Source: Pseudomonadales bacterium
GTDB lineage: Bacteria > Pseudomonadota > Gammaproteobacteria > Pseudomonadales > GM7GCV1
DNA length: 64,000 nt
NCBI GenBank assembly: GCA_965204215.1
Contig: CBDBDZ010000013.1
Span: forward strand, 1,165,606-1,229,605
Reading direction: 5' to 3'
In this document: one piece after another, positions 59,043 to 64,000 of the stretch
Layout of the letters: each line of letters opens with the position of its first letter
How positions within the stretch are numbered: position 1 is the stretch's first letter
Notes under the pieces: generated by a model
Told to the model about the DNA's origin: nothing
Seen by the model: only the letters and a program-made list of their open reading frames with translations
Databases searched by the model: none
Translations under genes and position numbers: made by a program

Positions 59043-59267
59043 ATGCCTACAAAGCGCCGATTTATTGCGGGTGCGGTATGTCCGAAGTGTAAGCAAATCG
59101 ATAAAACTATAGTGGTTGAAAGGGCTAAAGACAGAAAAACCCGTCAGTGCATCAGTTGTGGTTTTGATGAGCCTGCACCTTCCATATCATTCTCTCAAGA
59201 ACTTCCCACGCGTTTAACTGCTTCAAAGATTGATGAACAAGTTCAACCTATTAGTCTCAAGTTGTAA
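59043..59267 (+). CDS. yheV: YheV-family zinc-ribbon protein
   Basis: 74 aa. KRRFIAGAVCPKCKQIDKT...CISCGF matches the YheV pattern of four Cys. Confidence 0.8.
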   Translation: MPTKRRFIAGAVCPKCKQIDKTIVVERAKDRKTRQCISCGFDEPAPSISFSQELPTRLTASKIDEQVQPISLKL

Positions 59268-61288
59268 TGGGGTTAAATCCTCAACAATTACAAGCAGTCG
59301 AAACTGTCAATAAGCCTGTATTGGTTCTGGCTGGCGCAGGAAGTGGTAAAACCAGTGTTATTACTCAAAAAATAGCATGGTTGATTCAACAATCTGGCTA
59401 TGCATCGCACAATATAGCAGCAGTTACCTTTACTAATAAAGCTGCCAAAGAGATGAAAGAAAGGGTAAAAAGTTTGCTAAGTGGAATAAATACCCGTGGT
59501 TTAATAATTTCAACCTTTCACTCTTTAGGGTTGACTATAATTCGCAGGGAATTAAAGCACTTAAATTTAAAGTCAGGCTTTTCAATATTTGACAGGGAAG
59601 ACAGTTTAAGAATTCTGAAAGGTATTTTGTTAGACAATGAAGCCGATAAAATCAAAGCGGAAACTGAATTCATATTAAATTTAATATCGCACTGGAAAAA
59701 TAAGAATATCGACTTTAAACAGGCAATGGAGCTGGCAAGTAATCAGGAAGAACAACGCCTGGCACTAATTTATCAACGCTATGAAGAAACCTTGCAAGCA
59801 TACAACAGCATGGATTTTGATGATTTAATTTTGAAACCATTGAGGCTGTTTAAAAATAATAACGATGTATTGACTAAGTGGCAGCGTCAGATACGCTATT
59901 TACTTGTAGATGAATTTCAAGATACGAACCATACGCAATATCAATTGGTGCAGTTGCTGACATCGCAGCACCAAGGTATGACAGCGGTGGGAGATGACGA
60001 CCAATCGATCTATGCATGGCGAGGGGCGCAGTCGGATAATTTACTGCAACTACAATCGGATTACCCGCAATTGGAATTAATTAAATTAGAGCAAAATTAC
60101 CGTTCGACCAATCGTATTCTACAAGCGGCAAACCAATTAATTGGCAATAATCCACGTCAAATTGAAAAGCGCCTATGGAGTAAACTGGGCGATGGTGACC
60201 CCATCCGTGTTGTGCGTCGCCAAGATGAATTTGATGAGTTGCAGTGGATTGTTTCAGACTTACAGTACCGTATGGTGATTGCTCATCGCAGTTACGGAGA
60301 TTTTGCCATTTTATACCGCAGCAATCATCAATCAAGGCATTTGGAAACCCAGTTGCAAACGACAGGTACTCCCTATAAGGTTAGTGGTGGTACATCATTC
60401 TACGCACGCACTGAAATTAAAGATATTATGGCGTATTTGCGTCTTGTGTTAAACCCTGATGACAATAACGCTTTATTGCGAATTATCAATACCCCTAGAA
60501 GGCAAATAGGTAGTCAAACACTGTTTAAGTTAGGTGAGCTTGCCAATCAAACCAATCAGTCCATTTATCAATTGTTAACCGATACTAACTTTAACTTGCA
60601 GTCGGTACTCAATCACAGCCAACTAACCCATTTAGAAACATTCAAGTCTCTGATTGAAAAAAACAAAAAATTATGTGAACGAGGTGAACCAATCAAGGCA
60701 GTAAAGGAATTATTAGATGATATTAACTATTTACAATGGTTGCACAACAATTCCGCTTCAGCAAAAATGGCGGAAAAGCGCTATGAAAATGTGTGCTATC
60801 TCATTAACGGAATTGAAAAGGCTATGGAATATGCAGATGATGAACACAGCGATACGAAGACTTTATTTGAGCAAGTCATTAATAAAATGTTGCTTATGGA
60901 TGTGCTGGATAATCAAGAACAGGAACAAGACGACAATCAAGTACACTTGCTTACCTTGCATGCCTGTAAAGGTCTTGAGTTTAAAGAAGTCTATTTGATG
61001 GGAGTAGAAGAGAATATTCTGCCACATTACAACTCTATTGAAGCTGCTGGTATAGAAGAAGAGCGTCGTTTATTTTATGTGGGAATGACTCGTGCGCGTG
61101 AAAACCTTTGTTTGACACTGACAAAGAGCCGTAATCAATATGGAGAAAATAAAAAGGTTACTGCAAGTCGATTTATTGACGAATTGCCCGATGATATTAA
61201 AATGATGGGAATGGGAGAGCAAAAACAAGCCAGTCAACAACAAGTTGATGAAGCTTTTAACGATATTTTAAAATTACTTAAAACCTAA
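59267..61288 (+). CDS. rep: ATP-dependent DNA helicase Rep (UvrD/Rep SF1)
   Basis: 673 aa. LNPQQLQAVE...LVLAGAGSGKTSVITQKIAWLI..AAVTFTNKAAKEMKERV is close to E. coli Rep. Also present are DEFQDTN, the QNYRST motif and VHLLTLHACKGLEF. Confidence 0.93.
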   Translation: MGLNPQQLQAVETVNKPVLVLAGAGSGKTSVITQKIAWLIQQSGYASHNIAAVTFTNKAAKEMKERVKSLLSGINTRGLIISTFHSLGLTIIRRELKHLNLKSGFSIFDREDSLRILKGILLDNEADKIKAETEFILNLISHWKNKNIDFKQAMELASNQEEQRLALIYQRYEETLQAYNSMDFDDLILKPLRLFKNNNDVLTKWQRQIRYLLVDEFQDTNHTQYQLVQLLTSQHQGMTAVGDDDQSIYAWRGAQSDNLLQLQSDYPQLELIKLEQNYRSTNRILQAANQLIGNNPRQIEKRLWSKLGDGDPIRVVRRQDEFDELQWIVSDLQYRMVIAHRSYGDFAILYRSNHQSRHLETQLQTTGTPYKVSGGTSFYARTEIKDIMAYLRLVLNPDDNNALLRIINTPRRQIGSQTLFKLGELANQTNQSIYQLLTDTNFNLQSVLNHSQLTHLETFKSLIEKNKKLCERGEPIKAVKELLDDINYLQWLHNNSASAKMAEKRYENVCYLINGIEKAMEYADDEHSDTKTLFEQVINKMLLMDVLDNQEQEQDDNQVHLLTLHACKGLEFKEVYLMGVEENILPHYNSIEAAGIEEERRLFYVGMTRARENLCLTLTKSRNQYGENKKVTASRFIDELPDDIKMMGMGEQKQASQQQVDEAFNDILKLLKT

Positions 61289-61301
61289 GTTAATATTCAC
61301 A

Positions 61302-61994
61302 ATGAATGTCCTGGTTGTTGATGATGATTCCAATATTCGCAATATGCTGGACACGGTGTTAAAAGTATCTGGCTTTAACTGTTTACATGCTCAAGACTCT
61401 TATGAAGCAAATGAAATTATTAACCAAACTTTACCTGATGTCATTTTAGTGGATTGGATGATGCCCTATATGAATGGTGTTGAATGGATCAAAACATTGC
61501 GTAAAAATCAAAATACAGCAACCATTCCAATCATGATGATTACAGCTAAAGTACAGGAATCTAACATTATCAAAGGTTTAACTGCAGGTGCTGATGACTA
61601 TATTACCAAACCGTTTTCTCCGCGAGAATTAATCGCACGTATCCAGTCTTTAATACGTCGTTCAAGTAATAGCATTGATAAATTGCAACCTGATAACTTT
61701 AATTTTTTAGTGTTTGATGAAGCAAGTAGTAGTGTCAATATTCAATACCAAAGCATAACGCTGGGGACTACGGAATATAAGTTATTGGAAATTCTTTACA
61801 AGAGCAAAAACCGCCCTTTAACACGTACTCAAATTTTAGAACAATTTGGTAAAGTTGCAGACATATCTGACGAACGCACTATTGATGTCTATATTAAAAG
61901 ATTGCGAAAATCGCTAAAAACCATAGAACGTGACAATTTAATAGAAACCATTCGAGGGCGCGGCTACCGACTCAATTGCATAATCTGGGTTTAA
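61302..61994 (+). CDS. OmpR/PhoB-family response regulator (PhoB-like)
   Basis: The REC domain (VLVVDDD...ILVDWMMP...MITAK...GADDYITKPFSPRELIARI) is followed by a winged-helix domain (RTIDVYIKRLRK...IRGRGYRL). No cognate kinase gene is adjacent. Confidence 0.85.
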   Translation: MNVLVVDDDSNIRNMLDTVLKVSGFNCLHAQDSYEANEIINQTLPDVILVDWMMPYMNGVEWIKTLRKNQNTATIPIMMITAKVQESNIIKGLTAGADDYITKPFSPRELIARIQSLIRRSSNSIDKLQPDNFNFLVFDEASSSVNIQYQSITLGTTEYKLLEILYKSKNRPLTRTQILEQFGKVADISDERTIDVYIKRLRKSLKTIERDNLIETIRGRGYRLNCIIWV

Positions 61995-61997
61995 CTA

Positions 61998-62321
61998 ATG
62001 AATGAACGCTACCTTGCCATTTATAAACAAGTGCAAGCCATACCCAAAGGCAAGGTAGCAACTTATGGGCAAATTGGTTATTTAACAGGATTAGGTAGAG
62101 CCGCAAGGCAGGTAGGCAGAGCCATGGCAATACTAGAAAAAGGGTATAGGCTTGAAGGTGAAACAATACCCTGGCATCGTGTGGTTAATTCAAAAGGTGA
62201 AATTAGCCCCAGAGCCAATCCCGACGGTGTTATTATTCAGCGTATGTTATTAGAAGAAGAAGGTATTGAGTTTTTGCTACATGGAAGGCTGTCACTGAAA
62301 CATTATCAATGGCTGGGGTAA
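61998..62321 (+). CDS. ybaZ: Alkyltransferase-like (ATL) protein, MGMT DNA-binding domain without the catalytic cysteine
   Basis: 107 aa with IPKGKVATYGQIG...AARQVGRAM...IPWHRVVNSKGEIS. The position of the PCHR cysteine is occupied by Trp, as in YbaZ/ATL proteins. Confidence 0.75.
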   Translation: MNERYLAIYKQVQAIPKGKVATYGQIGYLTGLGRAARQVGRAMAILEKGYRLEGETIPWHRVVNSKGEISPRANPDGVIIQRMLLEEEGIEFLLHGRLSLKHYQWLG

Positions 62322-62463
62322 TGATATTTTACTAATTTTGAATGATTCATCCAATGCGCTATTGATCTGATACTTTTTGTCTATATCTTGAATGAATAAG
62401 AGCATTGTTATTTGTTAAGTTAACGGCTTAAATGATGATAACAATAATTCATTGAATAACATT

Positions 62464-63234
62464 ATGAATATCGAAGGTAAAGTTGCTGTAGTAACTGGTG
62501 GAGCATCGGGCTTAGGTGAAGCTACCGCCAGGCGCTATCACGCTAAGGGCTGCAAAATCGCTATTTTTGATATGAATCAGCAGCGCGCTGAAGATATTAT
62601 CAAACAACTAGGTGACAATGCTGTTTTTTATAGTGTGGATGTAACCAGTGAACAACAAGTTGAAAAAGCCATTCAAGCTACGGTAGAGCGTTTTGCTGCA
62701 ATTCATATTTGTAATAATTTTGCGGGAATTGGCATTGGCGTTAAAACCGTAGGCAAAGATGGTGCACACTCGCTAGATAGTTTTAAAAAAGTTATTGATA
62801 TTAACCTTGTTGGTACTTTTAATGTGCTTCGCCTTGCTGCATTACAGATGACCAAACAAGAACCCGTTACGGAAGATGGTGGCCGCGGCGTAATTATTAA
62901 TACAGCCTCTATTGCTGGTTATGAAGGTCAAATGGGGCAAGCGGCGTACAGCGCATCCAAGGGTGGAATTATTGGTATGACATTGACAATTGCACGCGAT
63001 TTGGCAGATTATGGCATTCGGGTTAATACTATTGCTCCAGGGCTAATTCATACGCCATTGTTTGATACTTTGCCAGAGAAGGTCTACAAGGCACTAGAGT
63101 CAAGCGTATTATGCCCCAGGCGCTTGGGCAAAGCTGATGAAATTGCTCACTTATCCCAATATTTAGTAGAGAATGACTACATGAATGGCGAATGTGTGAG
63201 AATGGATGGAGGTATTCGTATGCAGCCGCGTTGA
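62464..63234 (+). CDS. SDR, 3-hydroxyacyl-CoA dehydrogenase type-2-like
   Basis: Contains KVAVVTGGASGLGEA, NNFAG and YSASKGGIIGMT. The ATG at 62464 is preferred to the TTG at 62452. It lies upstream of an acyl-CoA dehydrogenase gene. Confidence 0.85.
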   Translation: MNIEGKVAVVTGGASGLGEATARRYHAKGCKIAIFDMNQQRAEDIIKQLGDNAVFYSVDVTSEQQVEKAIQATVERFAAIHICNNFAGIGIGVKTVGKDGAHSLDSFKKVIDINLVGTFNVLRLAALQMTKQEPVTEDGGRGVIINTASIAGYEGQMGQAAYSASKGGIIGMTLTIARDLADYGIRVNTIAPGLIHTPLFDTLPEKVYKALESSVLCPRRLGKADEIAHLSQYLVENDYMNGECVRMDGGIRMQPR

Positions 63235-63247
63235 TATCTCTTTTACT

Positions 63248-64000
63248 ATGGAATTTGAACTCAACGAACAACAATTAGCCATTCAGGCTAGTGTTAAAAA
63301 TTTTGTTGAGCAATATATTCGACTTCAGGCAGCACAGTGGGACAAACAACAAATTTTTCCAGTTGATACTTTAAAAATCGCTGGTGATTCAGGACTGATG
63401 TCTATGTATGTGGATGACCTGGGAACAAGCCTTTCAAGGCTGGATTCCGCTATTGCTATTGAAGCCTTAGCTGAGGGTTGTCCATCAACTGCTGCTTATA
63501 TTAGTATCCATAATATGGCGACAAACATACTGGCATGTTATGGAAGCAACGCCATCAAGCAACAATGGCTGGATGCGCTGTGTAAGGGTGAAAAACTTGC
63601 TAGTTACTGTTTAACCGAAGCCAATGCAGGTTCCGATGCTGCTTCGCTGCAAACCACAGCACGTTTGAATTCGGATTGTTATTTGATAAATGGTAGCAAA
63701 GCCTTTATTTCGGGTGCGGGTGATACCGATGTATTAATGGTTATGGCACGGACAGGAGAAGCAGGCAGTAAAGGTATTAGTGCTTTTGCTTTTGACGCAA
63801 GACTTGAAGGTATTAGTTATGGTCAAAAAGAAGAGAAGTTGGGTTGGAATTCACAACCCACCAGAGCCATTTATTTTGATAATGTTGAGGTCCCGGTGGA
63901 GAGCTTACTAGGTCAAGAGGGGCAAGGCTTTAGTATCGCAATGGAGGGTTTAGATGGTGGTCGTATCAATATAGCCGCCTGTTCATTAGGTGCTGCTAAC
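63248..64000 (+). CDS. Acyl-CoA dehydrogenase (5' part; runs off the window)
   Basis: The frame is open from the ATG at 63248 to the window end (251 codons). ACAD features are YCLTEANAGSDAASL, INGSKAFISGAG and GQEGQGFSIAMEGLDGGRINIAA. It is absent from the ORF track because it has no stop. Confidence 0.85.
   Translation, partial: MEFELNEQQLAIQASVKNFVEQYIRLQAAQWDKQQIFPVDTLKIAGDSGLMSMYVDDLGTSLSRLDSAIAIEALAEGCPSTAAYISIHNMATNILACYGSNAIKQQWLDALCKGEKLASYCLTEANAGSDAASLQTTARLNSDCYLINGSKAFISGAGDTDVLMVMARTGEAGSKGISAFAFDARLEGISYGQKEEKLGWNSQPTRAIYFDNVEVPVESLLGQEGQGFSIAMEGLDGGRINIAACSLGAAN

Noticed and set aside
1-64000. CRISPR arrays, rRNA genes and tRNA genes (including a tRNA at the island borders).
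   Set aside because: I saw no regularly spaced short repeats, no rRNA-like conserved stretches and no cloverleaf-compatible sequence in the intergenic regions I read. The island junction is explained by the comM 3' end instead. A tRNAscan or Infernal run would be the proper confirmation.

Overview
AT-rich chromosomal segment whose gene content (mpl, rep, yheV, comM, rplM-rpsI) looks gammaproteobacterial. There are two conserved core blocks with a mosaic accessory island between them. The left core (1-23.4 kb) holds a CysG-N-type siroheme enzyme, metZ, an AI-2E transporter, mpl, an MMPL/RND exporter, a lipoprotein, an epimerase plus GT4 glycan-priming pair, an acyl-CoA ligase, a kinase-like protein and rplM-rpsI. 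It also holds a minus-strand propionyl-CoA to succinyl-CoA cluster (carboxyltransferase, an 800-aa biotin carboxylase/BCCP fusion, methylmalonyl-CoA epimerase, B12 mutase, MDR oxidoreductase), two SDRs and a DUF1640 protein. The right core (56.2-64 kb) holds comM, a DUF3426 zinc-ribbon protein, yheV, rep, a PhoB-like response regulator, an alkyltransferase-like protein, an SDR and a partial acyl-CoA dehydrogenase. The ~32.8-kb island (about 23.47-56.24 kb) sits in the 3' end of comM. It is bounded by a 68-bp perfect direct repeat: a displaced comM tail at 23393-23490, and the tail of the intact gene at 56243-56310. No integrase, excisionase or transfer genes are visible. The island carries IS copies or remnants from about six families: IS5/IS1182-like x2, IS1380-like x3, IS630-like x3, one IS481-like, and remnants resembling IS982, IS256 and IS1380/IS4. 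Several insertions are nested. Island cargo includes an Mrr-like nuclease fused to a P-loop/STAND-like NTPase, split by an IS630 that is itself split by an IS1380-like element. It also includes radC, a Dam-like methylase, a large TonB-dependent receptor and an O-antigen-ligase/TPR protein. The most interesting cargo is a translationally coupled operon at 39669-44927. It encodes two coiled-coil proteins, a C5 DNA methyltransferase, a 721-aa protein combining an N-terminal MORC-like GHKL ATPase with a complete histidine-kinase core, and a receiver-domain protein with an unassignable ~200-aa C-terminal domain. I interpret this operon as a candidate methyltransferase-linked, phosphorelay-controlled defence or restriction-like system that I cannot match to any described system. 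No rRNA, tRNA or CRISPR array was recognised.
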